NCBI GenBank assembly: GCA_965214605.1
Contig: OZ243961.1
Span: 3,776,001-3,840,000 of the forward strand
DNA from: an uncultured Candidatus Binatia bacterium
Lineage (GTDB): Bacteria; Desulfobacterota; Binatia; Bin18
Length of the DNA: 64,000 nucleotides
Direction: 5' to 3'
Position numbers and translations under genes: made by a program. The notes beneath the pieces are model-generated. The model ran no database searches. It saw nothing but the letters and a program-made list of their open reading frames with translations, and was not told the origin of the DNA. The first letter of the stretch is position 1. Each line of letters opens with the position of its first letter. Shown one piece after another: positions 23,936 through 35,075 of the stretch.

Positions 23936-24197
23936 TGGCGGTTCCTCCTAACAGATAGCGGGCAGCTGCAACCGTACTCAGAAAGGCCAGAATGGCCAGC
24001 ACTAGCGCGACATCAATATACAGGGCACTCGCCGTGCGGATAGAGATGACGATAATCGCCGCTACCAGATTGATCGAAATATTGTCTAGGGCGATAACCT
24101 GGTCAGGCACACTCGGTCCACGTATCACCCGATAGGCGCTGAACAGAATCGACAGCGTAATGCCGGACAACATAATAAAACAAGTGTTTTCAATCAT
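23898..24197 (-). CDS. mrpF: Mrp/Mnh antiporter subunit F
   Basis: YRVIRGPSVPDQVIALD, DVALVLAILAFLSTVAAARYL; start at ATG 24197. Confidence 0.9.
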   Translation of the reverse strand: MIENTCFIMLSGITLSILFSAYRVIRGPSVPDQVIALDNISINLVAAIIVISIRTASALYIDVALVLAILAFLSTVAAARYLLGGTAIDGRPGNSRNPG

Positions 24198-24225
24198 GTG
24201 CTTCTTGTCTGAGAACTCGTCGAGC

Positions 24226-24705
24226 TTACTGGTCAATGAGAAGCAAATAGCGCTCAAAGCCATCTTTGATCTTCTGTTTCTCTTCCTCAATATCCTCAAT
24301 GTCGAGAAAATGGATGAACAGAAAGCGTCGGTCTGGCGAGACCTCGACCGACAGGGTGCCCGGCGTTAGTGTGATCATATTGGCCAGCAGCGTAATCAGG
24401 ATATCGTGCTGGACCTCAAGCCGATAGGCTAGAATACCCGAACGCACGTTGAGCCGTGGCGATAAGACCTGCTTGACCACGTCTATATTTGCCACCACCA
24501 ATTCCTTGATAAAAAAGCTCAGCAAGCGAAGTGCCATCAGCACTCTACGGATATAGGGCCACTCTTGGCGAAAGGAGCGGGGGAAGAACAGCATTGCACC
24601 GATGCCGACTAGGTAGCCGATCAGAAACTGACGCAGCGAGATTTCGTTCTGCAGCAGGCACCAGGTGAAGGCTAGCGTGATATTGAGTGCGAGACGGGGG
24701 AGCAT
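24226..24705 (-). CDS. mrpE: Mrp/Mnh antiporter subunit E
   Basis: ELVVANIDV, LLANMITLTPGTL, FERYLL. Confidence 0.92.
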   Translation of the reverse strand: MLPRLALNITLAFTWCLLQNEISLRQFLIGYLVGIGAMLFFPRSFRQEWPYIRRVLMALRLLSFFIKELVVANIDVVKQVLSPRLNVRSGILAYRLEVQHDILITLLANMITLTPGTLSVEVSPDRRFLFIHFLDIEDIEEEKQKIKDGFERYLLLIDQ

Positions 24706-24758
24706 GAAGGGACCTCAGATGCAAAATGTAGCCGGGACGGCCGGCCTAGGGCAGGCCC

Positions 24759-26249
24759 TTATCTGTCTCCTCCTGCCCCCAGCACCGCCTCAATATACGC
24801 CTGGGGCTCATAAGCCTGTTGGGCCGCGACCTCAGCCACGCTATAGAGGACACCGGGGAAGAGGCTAATCCATACGATCCCGGCCACCAGAAGAATAATA
24901 CCGGGCAGCAGCGGTTTCAAGGCCACAGAACGTCGCTCGCCCTGTTCTTGTCCCCAGAACACCCCGTTCCAGATCTTGAGCATAGAGGCCAGGGTCAGCA
25001 GCCCGCCCACTAGCCCAATACCGACATAGCCGTAGCGTCCGCCCTCGGCGCCGGCCTGGAGGATAATGAATTTGCTGAAAAAACCGGCCAGCGGTGGGAT
25101 ACCGGCCAGGCTCAGGGCGGCGATTAAGAATAGACCGCTGAGGACCCAGGAGTGTGACTGGAGGCCGCCGATAGTTTTGAGTTGGGTTGTACCTGTCACG
25201 CGCTGGACCGCTCCAGCAATCAGAAAGAGAGCCGATTTGGACAGCACGTAGGGCACCATAAAGAACAGCGTGCCGGCCAGGGCTTGGCGGCTCAGTAGGC
25301 CAATGCCCAGCATCAAATATCCGATCTGACTGATGATATGGTAGGAGAGAATACGTTTCATATCGATCTGTGACAAGGCGCCAAATACGCCGAGCAGCAT
25401 GCTCAGGGCGGCCAGGATGAGGAGCAACTCGTGGGTCACCACTGGGTCGTGGCGAAACAGCAGGGTAAAGGTTCGGAAAATGGCGTACACTCCAACCTTG
25501 GTCAGCATACCGCCAAAATACGCACTCATACCCGCTGGGGGCTGAAAGTAGGGGCCCGGCAGCCAAAAATATAGCGGAAAGATAGCGGCTTTGGAGCCAA
25601 AGATGAACAGAAACAGCATGGCCAGCACGGTTAGTATCGGACTGTCCGGCACAGCCTGTATTTTCAGGGCCAGGTCGGCCATATTCAGTGTGCCCAGGCT
25701 GCGGTAGGTTATGGCCAGGGCGATCAAGAAAAACGTGGAGGCAATCAGGTTGATGACCAGGTATTTGATCGTCTCCCTCAGCTGTCCCGGCTCGGAGCCC
25801 AGCACCAGCAGGGCAAACGAGGCAATCAGCAGAATCTCAAAGAACACAAACAGATTAAAGAGATCGCCGGTTAAGAACGCTCCGTTGACCCCCATCAGCA
25901 GAATAAAAAACAGCGGAAAATAGAAATGGTCTTGACGTTCGGTGTCGATTGAGGGGAGGGAGAACAGGCTGACGGCCAGGGCGATGGTCATATTCAGCCC
26001 GACCATCGTCATGCTCAGCACATCGGCCACCAGGATAATCCCGAACGGTGCGGGCCAGTTCCCCATACGCAGCACCACGATACCGCTGCTCCAAACGTAA
26101 AGAAGTCCGACCAGGGATAGCAGCCACAGCACGCCGATAACGACTACGCTCAGCAGACGTTGCAGGGCACGCCGTCGCGGGAACGCGGCCAAGACTGCTG
26201 CCGCTGCGACCGGACCGATAACAAACAGGATGAATAACTCGTGCAGCAT
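24759..26249 (-). CDS. mrpD: Mrp/Mnh antiporter subunit D
   Basis: GNWPAPFGI, FLTGDLFNLFVFFEILL, FWLPGPY, LTKVGVY, KRILSYHIISQIG. Confidence 0.94.
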   Translation of the reverse strand: MLHELFILFVIGPVAAAAVLAAFPRRRALQRLLSVVVIGVLWLLSLVGLLYVWSSGIVVLRMGNWPAPFGIILVADVLSMTMVGLNMTIALAVSLFSLPSIDTERQDHFYFPLFFILLMGVNGAFLTGDLFNLFVFFEILLIASFALLVLGSEPGQLRETIKYLVINLIASTFFLIALAITYRSLGTLNMADLALKIQAVPDSPILTVLAMLFLFIFGSKAAIFPLYFWLPGPYFQPPAGMSAYFGGMLTKVGVYAIFRTFTLLFRHDPVVTHELLLILAALSMLLGVFGALSQIDMKRILSYHIISQIGYLMLGIGLLSRQALAGTLFFMVPYVLSKSALFLIAGAVQRVTGTTQLKTIGGLQSHSWVLSGLFLIAALSLAGIPPLAGFFSKFIILQAGAEGGRYGYVGIGLVGGLLTLASMLKIWNGVFWGQEQGERRSVALKPLLPGIILLVAGIVWISLFPGVLYSVAEVAAQQAYEPQAYIEAVLGAGGDR

Positions 26250-26307
26250 GACAGGACTAGGTTGTTCAAGTCTCGCGCTGTTGTCGTGTCGGGTTCAGCA
26301 CTCCCCC

Positions 26308-26640
26308 TCATTCTTCCCCACCGGCCAACTCGTTAATATCGTTCGAGTCGCACACCTGACGGGTACGAAGGGCCAGCACGGTAGCGAAGGCGGTCATGCC
26401 GAAGCTAATCACAATAGCCGTCAGCACCAGGGCCTGGGGCAAAGGGTCACTGTAGGGAGCACTTGAGGTGAGCAGTGGCGGGCCGCCGCGTTTGAGGCCG
26501 CCGGAAAGAATCAGCGCTAGGTTGGCTGCATGCGAGTAGAGCGCCAGACCAATGACGACCTGCAGCAGGTGGGGCTGGAGCAAAAGATAGGTTCCGCAGC
26601 CAAACAGTACACCAATGACGCCGATGATAATGAGTTCCAC
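26308..26640 (-). CDS. mrpC: Mrp/Mnh antiporter subunit C
   Basis: SHAANL, DPLPQALVLTAIVISFG; GTG start 26640. Confidence 0.93.
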   Translation of the reverse strand: MELIIIGVIGVLFGCGTYLLLQPHLLQVVIGLALYSHAANLALILSGGLKRGGPPLLTSSAPYSDPLPQALVLTAIVISFGMTAFATVLALRTRQVCDSNDINELAGGEE

Positions 26641-26653
26641 CTGCCCCCCACTC

Positions 26654-29398
26654 TTATGCCTCGGCAACGCTCTGAATGATGCCGATGGTTGTGCCGACGA
26701 CGACTAGATATACGCCGATATCAAAGCCCATTGCCGTGGCTAGTTCGACCTCGCCCAACAGCGGCACAAAGAAGTGTCCAAATGCGCTGGTCAAAAACGG
26801 CTGGCCAAGCGCCACCGCGCTCAGCCCGGTGAGGACGGCCATCAGCAATCCCAGACTCACAATCCGGAGGGGATTGAGCGGCGTTTCGCGCTGAAAAACG
26901 GCGACGTCAAACGCTATCATCTGAAAGGTGATGGCCACCGCGGTTAGCACTCCAGCGATAAAGCCGCCTCCCGGCGCGTTGTGGCCGCGCAGCAGCAGGT
27001 AGATGGAGAACAACAACATTATGTGCAGGGTCAGTCGGGCAAAAGACTGCAAAATCGGTGAGCGGAAGCTGATTTGTCGCCTCCTGTTGAGTTGTCTACG
27101 ACCCGGGCTGCCGATCTCAATCATGGCAAATACGGCTAGCGCGGCGACGGCAAAGACGGTGATTTCTCCCATGGTGTCAAAGCCTCGAAAATCGACCAGA
27201 ATGACATTGACCACATTTCGTCCACCGGCAAGCTCATAGCTGTTGTCCAAGAAATACTGGGCTAGCCGGGACGGCTCAAACTGGCCAATAGTGGCAGCCA
27301 AGAGCAGCAGGGTCACCAATACCCCGGTGCCAATACTCAGGCTGAGATGAAACAGCCGACGGCTGACCGGCGGCCGGACATTGTTCAGTGGAGAGAAAAA
27401 CCGCAGGACCAACAGAAACAAAACCAGCATCACCGCCTCAACCAAAATTTGGGTCAGGGCTAAATCCGGTGCGCTGAACAGCACAAAAAAGATAGAAATC
27501 ATGGACCCGACCAGGCCCAGGGCCAGAATGATGGCGATGCGCGAGCGAAACACGCAGCAGGCCAATCCGGCCACTGCGGTCAGTAGGGCTAGCCCGATTT
27601 CGTAATAGCTGGGCTCTACCACGTCGAGTTGCAACGGGGTCACAACAAAGAACTGCCACACCGGCAGGCTAGCCCCTAGAATGAGGGCGATCAGCACATA
27701 GCAGATATAGTCGGTTAAACGTCCGGTCATATGCAGGCGGCGCTGGCAGGTGAACGCGGCGGTCAACCGGTCGAGGCTATCAACATACAGCCGGTTGAAC
27801 GAATACCAGGCCTCGGAGCTTTGCAGGCGGGGGATAAAAGATCGACGTCCCAAGAACAAACTCAGCCCAACCCCAAGGCTGATACCACTCAACATCAACG
27901 GTGGGCTGATCCCGTGCCACAGACCGATATGTGGCAGTGGGGCGGGACCGACAACCGTCCCTAGAGCCGGTGTGATCAGGACCTCGACTAGACCCGGCAT
28001 CAGACCGCAGATCAACGCGAGAGCGCTGAGGACGATGATGGGCAGGGCCATACCGGCCGGCGTGTGGTCGAGATGGCGGACACCCGGAGGATGGCTCGTA
28101 GACGGCGGCGCAGCAAAAAATGTCCCGTAACACAGGAGGGCCGAGTACAAAAAGGTCAGACAGCTAGCCGCCACAGCCACAACGCTCAGACCTAGTCCGA
28201 CTGTCAAGACCGATTCGTAGAACAGCTCTTTGCTGATAAAGCCACCCAAAGGGGGCAGTCCGGCCATCGACAAACAGGCCAGTACGGCCGCCCCGGCGAC
28301 CAGCGGCATCTCCCCACGCTGGCTACCCAGGCGGCGGATGTCTCTGGTTCCGGCTTCGTGCTCGACCGCTCCGGCGGTCAAAAATAGAGCGCCTTTAAAC
28401 ACCGCGTGGTTGACGAGGTGCAGGACTGCGGCCAGCATGGCCAACCGCGTCCCAACCCCAATTAAGAGCACCATCAACCCCAACTGGCTGACCGTTGAGT
28501 ATGCCAACAGGGCTTTCAGATCGGTTTGTTTACACGCCAACGCTCCACCCCAGACCAGGGTCAGGGTGCCGATACCGATGCTGGCTGCAGACCATATCGG
28601 ATCGCTGACGAACAGCGGAGACATGCGCGCCATCAGGTACAGTCCGGCCTTGACCATTGTTGCCGCGTGGAGGTAGGCGCTTACCGGGGTGGGGGCTTCC
28701 ATGGCCGAGGGCAGCCAAATGTGAAACGGAAACTGGGCCGACTTGGTAAACGCCGCGATCAGAAAACAGACCCCGATGGCGCTCGACAGGGGGGGGAACT
28801 CGGTCAGCAGGCGCGACAGTTCCAGGCTGCCGGTCTCGGCAAAGACCAGAAAGATCCCGAACAGGAGGACCAAACCCCCGCCGGCGGTCAGGCCCAGGGC
28901 TTTGGTTGCCCCCTCACACGCTGCGGCACGGTGGGAACGAAAACCAATCAGCAGAAACGAGGCGACACTAGTCAGTTCCCAGAACACCAGCAGCACGACT
29001 AGGTTGTCGGCTAGCACGACACCCATCATGGCGCTGTTGAACAGCAGCAAAAACCGGTACAGGCGGTTGAGGTGTGGGTCGTCGTGCAGATACGACCCGG
29101 TATAGATGAACACCAGCACCCCAACGCCCGAGATCAGACCGACGAACAGCCAGCTCAGACCATCTAGCTGAAAACTCAACCGCAGTTCGAGCGCCGGGAT
29201 CCAGGGCCAGGAGAGGTGAACTGTTGAGCCCTGCTCGACCTCGGACCACAGGACCAGAACAATGAAGAGTTGGACCGCAGGGATAAGGGAGAACAATGGG
29301 GCTGCCGCTCGACGGAAACGTGGCGGCAGTGGGATAAGTGCGCCGAGGAAGGGCAGGAAGATAAGGACAAGTAGCAGAATCGGTGACACTCCCTCCAT
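26654..29398 (-). CDS. mrpA: Mrp antiporter fused A/B subunit (group 2)
   Basis: [58 protein letters not shown], then MrpB-like [12 protein letters not shown] and FDIGVYL. Confidence 0.94.
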   Translation of the reverse strand: MEGVSPILLLVLIFLPFLGALIPLPPRFRRAAAPLFSLIPAVQLFIVLVLWSEVEQGSTVHLSWPWIPALELRLSFQLDGLSWLFVGLISGVGVLVFIYTGSYLHDDPHLNRLYRFLLLFNSAMMGVVLADNLVVLLVFWELTSVASFLLIGFRSHRAAACEGATKALGLTAGGGLVLLFGIFLVFAETGSLELSRLLTEFPPLSSAIGVCFLIAAFTKSAQFPFHIWLPSAMEAPTPVSAYLHAATMVKAGLYLMARMSPLFVSDPIWSAASIGIGTLTLVWGGALACKQTDLKALLAYSTVSQLGLMVLLIGVGTRLAMLAAVLHLVNHAVFKGALFLTAGAVEHEAGTRDIRRLGSQRGEMPLVAGAAVLACLSMAGLPPLGGFISKELFYESVLTVGLGLSVVAVAASCLTFLYSALLCYGTFFAAPPSTSHPPGVRHLDHTPAGMALPIIVLSALALICGLMPGLVEVLITPALGTVVGPAPLPHIGLWHGISPPLMLSGISLGVGLSLFLGRRSFIPRLQSSEAWYSFNRLYVDSLDRLTAAFTCQRRLHMTGRLTDYICYVLIALILGASLPVWQFFVVTPLQLDVVEPSYYEIGLALLTAVAGLACCVFRSRIAIILALGLVGSMISIFFVLFSAPDLALTQILVEAVMLVLFLLVLRFFSPLNNVRPPVSRRLFHLSLSIGTGVLVTLLLLAATIGQFEPSRLAQYFLDNSYELAGGRNVVNVILVDFRGFDTMGEITVFAVAALAVFAMIEIGSPGRRQLNRRRQISFRSPILQSFARLTLHIMLLFSIYLLLRGHNAPGGGFIAGVLTAVAITFQMIAFDVAVFQRETPLNPLRIVSLGLLMAVLTGLSAVALGQPFLTSAFGHFFVPLLGEVELATAMGFDIGVYLVVVGTTIGIIQSVAEA

Positions 29399-29522
29399 TT
29401 TCAATAGATCGTTCTTGACGTCAATGGGCAAGGGGCTAGCTGGTTTTGGCCGAGTCTTGACAGCTCAGGGACTCCCCCATAGCCTGCCTGTCTTTACCAG
29501 TCGCTAGGAGGTTTGTAGGGCG

Positions 29523-31904
29523 ATGTTACCCCGTCGCTGGATGGAAGTATATATCAACTTTCTGCTGCGCAAGCGCTGGGCCGTGCTCTGCCTGGCACTT
29601 GTCCTAACGGCATTCTTCGTCTACCAGCTGACGCACACCAAGATTCAGATGAATTTCCTGGATTTTTATCCGCCCGGACATTCGTATATGCAGTTGGTCA
29701 AAAAACACGCCCGGATGTTTGGTTCGGCCAATGTCTTGGTCATGGCGGTTGAGGTCAAAGAAGGTGATATCTTCAATATCGAAACCCTCAATAAGGTCAA
29801 CCGGCTGACCATTGCGCTGTTGGAGACGCCTGGAGTCAACGGTTGGCAGGTGCTGTCTATTTCCCATCCTAAGATGCGCAATATTGAGATATCAAGCGCC
29901 GGCATTCAGGCTCTTCCCCTGTTCTTCCCCGGACCGCCCGAAACCCAGGCCCAGGTCAACCGGGTCAAGAAAGCAGTCTATACTAACGACGGTATTCTCG
30001 GGGTGCACGTCTCCTACGATAGCCAGATGACCCTGATTACGGCCGCATTTTGGGAGGCGGGGCTTGATTTTGGACGGATGAAGGACCACCTGTTTCGCCT
30101 CCAGGCTGAGGAGACAGACGCCCGGCACGTTATTCATATGACCGGTTTTCCTGCCCTGTTCTGCTGGATCTTTCAGTACCAGCCGTGGGTTATCGGGATT
30201 ACGCTGCTGACCGTGCTGGCGATCATGGCCCTGCTCTGGTTCTACTTTCGGACTATTCACGGCGTCTGGATTCCGCTCTTTTCCGGGGCACTCAGCACGG
30301 TCTGGGCCCTGGGCTTTGCCGGAGCGCTGGGTTTGAGCATTGATCTGTTGATGATTGTGGTTTTTCTATTGATCACTGCCCGAGCCCTGTCCCACTCGGT
30401 CCAGTCGATGGAGCGTTACCACGAGGAGTATACTCGCCTAGGGGATAAAGACGCCGCCATTTTGCAGTCCTACCTGGGGCTCTTCTCGCCCGCTCTGGTC
30501 TCAATCGCCTCGGACGGGTTGGCCATTCTGAGTCTGGCGGTGGCACGCATTCCGCTGATTCAGAAGATGGCTTTTTTGTCTAGTTTCTGGATTTTTACTA
30601 TTTCGATCAGCGTGGTGACCCTCCACCCTATCCTGTTAAGCTTCTTGCCGCCGCCCCGCCACGATCCCAAGGCTGGTCAACGACTGTCGGACAGGATCTA
30701 TACCGGAATCAACCGGCGCCTGGTCCGGGTCAGTCAGGGCATGGTCCGGTATGCCACGGCGACTAGTTTCGGCCTGGCTCTGATTGTCGGCATCTATTTT
30801 GCTACGCAGATCAAAATTGGAGATGTGTCGTTTGGGAAAGCTCTGTTTTATACCGATCATCCGTATAACGTGGCCTACGACCGGATTATTGCGAAAGAGT
30901 TTGCCGGTATCTCGCAGCTGGTGATCATCGCCGAAGGGGCTAAGCCGGGGACGTTCCGCACGGTTGAAGCCCTGCACGCTCTGGAGCGCTTTCAGCGCTA
31001 CATGGAGCGGAGCAACGCGCTGGCCGGAGGGAGTGTCAGTGGCGCGGATATTATCCGTCAGATTTACCAGCGCTTTGAGGAGGGCATTCCCAAGTGGGCG
31101 ATTCTCCCCAAAAAGTCGGTTGATATCGGCAATATGTTTGCCTATTTCCTGATGTCGGCCGGAGCGCCGGCTCTGGAGCGTTTTGTTGATAAAGACCTCC
31201 AAAACGCCACGGTCACCATTTTTTTTCGGGATTATCAACACGACACAGTTATGGAGGCCCTGAGTCGGGCCAAGGAGTATATTGCCGACAATCCTACGAA
31301 AGACGTTGAGTTTCGCCTGGCCGGCGGGCTGTTTGGAATTCTGGCCGCCATTAACGAAGAGGTCGAGTGGTCGTACCGGGTCAATCTGAGCTTGGTCTTG
31401 GCCACGGTGTTTGTGTTGAGTCTGTTGACCTATCGATCTCTCACTGGGGCGCTGATCGTGATGATTCCGTCTATCGTTGCTCAGCCGCTTACCGAGGCTA
31501 TTATGTACTGGTCAAGTATTGATATGAATGTCAACTCGTTGCCGGTGGCCGCCATTGGGATTGGGATTGGGATTGACTATGGCTATTACGTCTTGTCCCG
31601 GATTACTGAGGAATGCGCCAATTTCAACGATATCGATCGGGCTATTGAACAAGCCCTGATGACAACCGGCCGCGCAATTCTGTTCACTGGGACAACGCTC
31701 ACAGCCAGCGTCATCTTCTGGCTGTTCTTTCCAATGAAGTTTCAGGCTGAGATGGCATTTTTGCTGGCCTTAGTCCTCTTTCTGCACATTGTCGGTGCCC
31801 TGGTGTTTATTCCTTCAATGGTGTCTCTGTTGAAGCCGCGCTTTGCCACGGTCCAGAAGCCGGCCCTGGGTCAAGATGGTGCGGATAACCCGTCGGGCGC
31901 GTGA
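29523..31904 (+). CDS. MMPL/RND-family multipass transporter
   Basis: Two repeats of 1 TM + large loop + 5 TM; GIGIGIDYGYY; TTGRAILFTG. Confidence 0.85.
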   Translation: MLPRRWMEVYINFLLRKRWAVLCLALVLTAFFVYQLTHTKIQMNFLDFYPPGHSYMQLVKKHARMFGSANVLVMAVEVKEGDIFNIETLNKVNRLTIALLETPGVNGWQVLSISHPKMRNIEISSAGIQALPLFFPGPPETQAQVNRVKKAVYTNDGILGVHVSYDSQMTLITAAFWEAGLDFGRMKDHLFRLQAEETDARHVIHMTGFPALFCWIFQYQPWVIGITLLTVLAIMALLWFYFRTIHGVWIPLFSGALSTVWALGFAGALGLSIDLLMIVVFLLITARALSHSVQSMERYHEEYTRLGDKDAAILQSYLGLFSPALVSIASDGLAILSLAVARIPLIQKMAFLSSFWIFTISISVVTLHPILLSFLPPPRHDPKAGQRLSDRIYTGINRRLVRVSQGMVRYATATSFGLALIVGIYFATQIKIGDVSFGKALFYTDHPYNVAYDRIIAKEFAGISQLVIIAEGAKPGTFRTVEALHALERFQRYMERSNALAGGSVSGADIIRQIYQRFEEGIPKWAILPKKSVDIGNMFAYFLMSAGAPALERFVDKDLQNATVTIFFRDYQHDTVMEALSRAKEYIADNPTKDVEFRLAGGLFGILAAINEEVEWSYRVNLSLVLATVFVLSLLTYRSLTGALIVMIPSIVAQPLTEAIMYWSSIDMNVNSLPVAAIGIGIGIDYGYYVLSRITEECANFNDIDRAIEQALMTTGRAILFTGTTLTASVIFWLFFPMKFQAEMAFLLALVLFLHIVGALVFIPSMVSLLKPRFATVQKPALGQDGADNPSGA

Positions 31905-31924
31905 TGAACTACCGGAGTTTCGAA

Positions 31925-32461
31925 ATGATTCAGCCCCGTTATCTTATTTGCCTGATATGTGGTGGCTTGCTCCTGCTTGTCAGTCCGGTCGGTAGGGCTC
32001 AGACCCTGCCGGTCAGGGTCGGTAAATGGCATATCACCACCACTATCTCGTCACCCTCCCTGCCCCAGCCGAGATTTACCACCCAAACTCGGTGTGTTGA
32101 CGAACCCGAGGTCGCTCCCTTTGAGGGCTTTGTTCAGGATGAGGGGTGTGAGCTGCATGATGTCAAGCAAGAGGGGAACAAACTCACCGCTAGGCTGAGC
32201 TGCGGGAGTGGAGAAGGGGTGAATCCAATGAGCGGCACCCTGGAGTATAGTGTGACCGAGACGGTTATGAACAGCCGCATGCGGTTTGAAAGTAAGGACT
32301 TTTCGCAGACTATACGGGCGGTTGGTAGGCATCTTGGAGAGTGTGACGAGGAGTCTGAACAGGCAGAAGATGAGCAGGGAGATGGACCTCAGCAGGCGGC
32401 AGAAGCTCAACGGGAAGATACACCTCAACAGGCGCCAGAAGCTCAACAAGGGGCCGAATAA
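31925..32461 (+). CDS. DUF3617-like secreted protein with acidic/Gln-rich tail
   Basis: Signal peptide, GKWHITT, spaced Cys residues, GRHLGEC ending; low-complexity tail. Confidence 0.65.
   Translation: MIQPRYLICLICGGLLLLVSPVGRAQTLPVRVGKWHITTTISSPSLPQPRFTTQTRCVDEPEVAPFEGFVQDEGCELHDVKQEGNKLTARLSCGSGEGVNPMSGTLEYSVTETVMNSRMRFESKDFSQTIRAVGRHLGECDEESEQAEDEQGDGPQQAAEAQREDTPQQAPEAQQGAE
32387..32447 (+). repeat. Imperfect 36-bp tandem repeat (PQQAxEAQ) in CDS tail
   Basis: cctcagcaggcggcagaagctcaac and cctcaacaggcgccagaagctcaac, 36 bp apart. Confidence 0.7.
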
Positions 32462-32492
32462 ACCTCAGCTCCACCCAGAGGAGGATAAGCGT

Positions 32493-32882
32493 ATGATGGA
32501 AAGCCAAAAGATGGACGACTCGGTCAACGTGTTTGGCGAGCCGCTCAAAACCTGCAGCGAGAGCCCCATGACTGGTTTCTTCCGCGACGGCTGTTGTAAT
32601 ACCAGCGATCAGGACCGTGGCTCGCATACCGTATGTGTCGAGGCCAGCCAAGAGTTTCTGGAATTTTCTCGGCTACGCGGCAATGACCTATCGACACCCC
32701 GGCCCGAGTTTAGTTTCCCGGGCGTCAAACCGGGCGACCGTTGGTGTCTATGTGCCGCGCGTTGGCTTGAAGCCCACCAACGCGGAATGGCTCCTCAGGT
32801 CTATCTCACCCGCACCCACAAAAGAGCCTTGGAGATTGTTCCGCTCGAATTGCTGCGTGAGTATGCGGTTGATCTAAATTAG
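32493..32882 (+). CDS. DUF2237 family protein
   Basis: NVFGEPL, PMTGFFRDGCC, GNDLSTPRPE, PGDRWCLCAARW; GGAGG RBS. Confidence 0.9.
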   Translation: MMESQKMDDSVNVFGEPLKTCSESPMTGFFRDGCCNTSDQDRGSHTVCVEASQEFLEFSRLRGNDLSTPRPEFSFPGVKPGDRWCLCAARWLEAHQRGMAPQVYLTRTHKRALEIVPLELLREYAVDLN

Positions 32883-33017
32883 GGCTGGTAAGGTGTAGAA
32901 TCCCAAAAGAGACGGAGTAGCAACTTATGGGCTTGATTCCAGCCTCTTCCTATACTCAGGTGTCCTCAACGTATCGACCCCCTACATTCGTGCGGAGTGG
33001 GGGCAGAAGGCGCACCT

Positions 33018-33270
33018 ATGACGCGGGCAAGTGATATACCAATATACGGCAGTTGTACTACGGGGACAACCTGCCGATTCTCCGCACCATGCCGGATGAC
33101 TTGGTAGACCTTTGTTACTCGGACCCGCTGTTTAACAGTAACCGGGCCTACAACATCATCTACCCTGACGACCTAGGCCAAGTCACTGCCTTTGAGGACA
33201 CCTGGTACTGGACCCCAGACTGTGATCAGTACCTTGCCGATATAGAGGCCCAGGCGGGCGAACTGGAGCA
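33018..33270 (+). pseudogene. N-terminal relic of an N6/N4 DNA methyltransferase
   Basis: LYYGDNLPILRTMPDDLVDLCYSDPLFNSNRAY...AFEDTWYW matches the DPPFNS-type MTase N-terminus; frameshifted start and truncated. Confidence 0.8.
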
Positions 33271-33282
33271 GATGTTACCTGT

Positions 33283-33442
33283 CGGCTTCGCGAGAATACG
33301 AGCCAGGCGGTGTTCACGCGCTACCTCAACGTGACGACGGATCCTGGTGAGCCAGTGGGAGCGCGGCGAGAAACGCCCGCGCGGTGCCTCGTTGAAGCTG
33401 CTGACGCTGGTGGCGAAGAACGGTCTCGGGGCGATCGCTTGA
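33283..33442 (+). pseudogene. Relic of an XRE/HTH antitoxin-like regulator (HigA-2 type)
   Basis: RLRENTSQAVFTRYLNVTT, then frameshift, then LVSQWERGEKRPRGASLKLLTLVAKNGLGAIA*. Confidence 0.75.
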
Positions 33443-33708
33443 GACTTCGCCAGCCTAGCTGAGGATTAAGCGGTGGAAGGGCCCTTCGACGCGCCACGCG
33501 TTTGCCGCAGCTCCCGGTTGTGGCCCAAAGATCTATCGAGATTCTTACCGTCGTCGTTTCAGTTCGCAGCCGAACGCTCCGAGCACCGTACGCCACCAAG
33601 TGCAATCCACCGTGGGGATAGCCGACACCTACAGCCCATCCTCTGGTAACTTTCAACCCGATCAAGGCACCCGGATCATTAGCATTGGCTGATGCCCAAG
33701 GTTTGTAA

Positions 33709-34800
33709 ATGACGAAAAAGATCACTGACAGCCAGATCCTCGGCGAGCTCGGCGAAACTGCTGTCAAAAAGCTCGTGCTTGAGATGGGCATGATCTACGA
33801 GCACCACGGGCGCCTCGAAGCGGGCATCGATGGTCTCATTGAGCTTCGGGACCCCTCCACCCACGCCTCACTCGGCAAGCTGCTTGGAGTCCAAGTCAAA
33901 TCAACCGCCGCCGGACAGTATCCTCGCGAAACTGCGGAACGGTTCGATTATCTGCTGAAATCAGAAGACCTTGCCTATTGGCGCCAGTCCACCATCTTGG
34001 TGATCATTGTCCTGTGGAGACGGTTCGATAACACCGCCTTCTGGAAGGAAGTGACCGACGCTATCCCCGGCAACGAGCGCCGGTTGGCGTTTCACAAGAC
34101 CGCCGATGCGTTCGACAATAGCTGCGCCGACCGGCTCGGAGCGCTCACTGTCGACCGCCAAACGCCCGGCGTTTTCGTGCCGCCGTTCAATCTCGGCGAG
34201 ACCGCCATCCTGAACATGCTGCGGATCCGCATGCCGAACGAGATGTTCCTCGCCACCTCGCCCTTCGGCTCCGGGCGCGATGCAATGCTGGAACTGATGA
34301 AGCACGACAACATTCGGTACCACTGGGTGATTCGAAAGCGCTTCATGTCGTTCTTCGATCCTTGGCGACTGCGGCACGAGCGCCATCGTGTATCGTGACC
34401 AATCGAGGCGATCGACACCGATCTTCATGCGATTAACGACGATCTCGACGACCGAAACGACACCATTGACCTGCTGCGGCGGACAGTCGAGACGCAGTTG
34501 TTCGACAGACTGTACTACGTACGCAAGGATCGTCTGTTCTACTTTCGGGCCATGCAGAAGAACAGGCCTCTGAAGTACAGCTACACCTCCAGTGCCAGGA
34601 ATGCCTCGGCCAGGGCGGTGAGCGTCTATCGCGACCGGAAGAATCCGGACGGTAGGGGGTACGCGCGCCATCATGCGGCGAGATTCCGTTTCGAGCGTCT
34701 CCATGACGAATGGTTTATCGTCATCGATCCGACCTTCTACTTCACCCACGACGGCTTTCAGCCGCACCGGTACCCTGAAACCCTGTTGTCCGGAAAGATT
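33709..34800 (+). pseudogene. DUF4365(DREN)-APAZ protein, short-Argonaute partner; interrupted and 3'-truncated
   Basis: GELGE...EAGIDGLIEL...GVQVKS PD-(D/E)XK-like nuclease; TGA at 34396-34398; same frame resumes with RHHAARFRFERLHDEWFIVIDPTFYFTHDG (APAZ-like). Confidence 0.72.
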
Positions 34801-35075
34801 CGAGCTCAGAGGCACAGGACTGTGGACTACATCCGAAGCGGACGCGCCGCGCCTGCGCTTCGAGCCGCTTCCCGTCCTCTAGCTCTCCCGCGCGGTTCCC
34901 GAGTCTTCCGCGAACCCCCGAAACCGCTCGACGACGTACGGCCAGTCGGCGGCGGGCCTAGGGCGGAATCGCTGCCTCACCGACAGGGCGTGGCCGACGG
35001 CTGGACCGACGGCCGATGCCCTGCCATGAGACCCCGTGCTTGCGAATATATAGCCGATACGCTATATATCGGGGG

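Noticed and set aside
23516-29398. Fused MrpAB as a novelty
   Set aside because: This is the well-known group-2 Mrp organisation.
32387-32447. CRISPR-like repeat
   Set aside because: Only two imperfect, in-frame copies inside a coding tail; no spacers and no cas genes.
33961-34815. 284-aa minus-strand ORF
   Set aside because: Antisense to the DUF4365-APAZ relic with no independent motif support.
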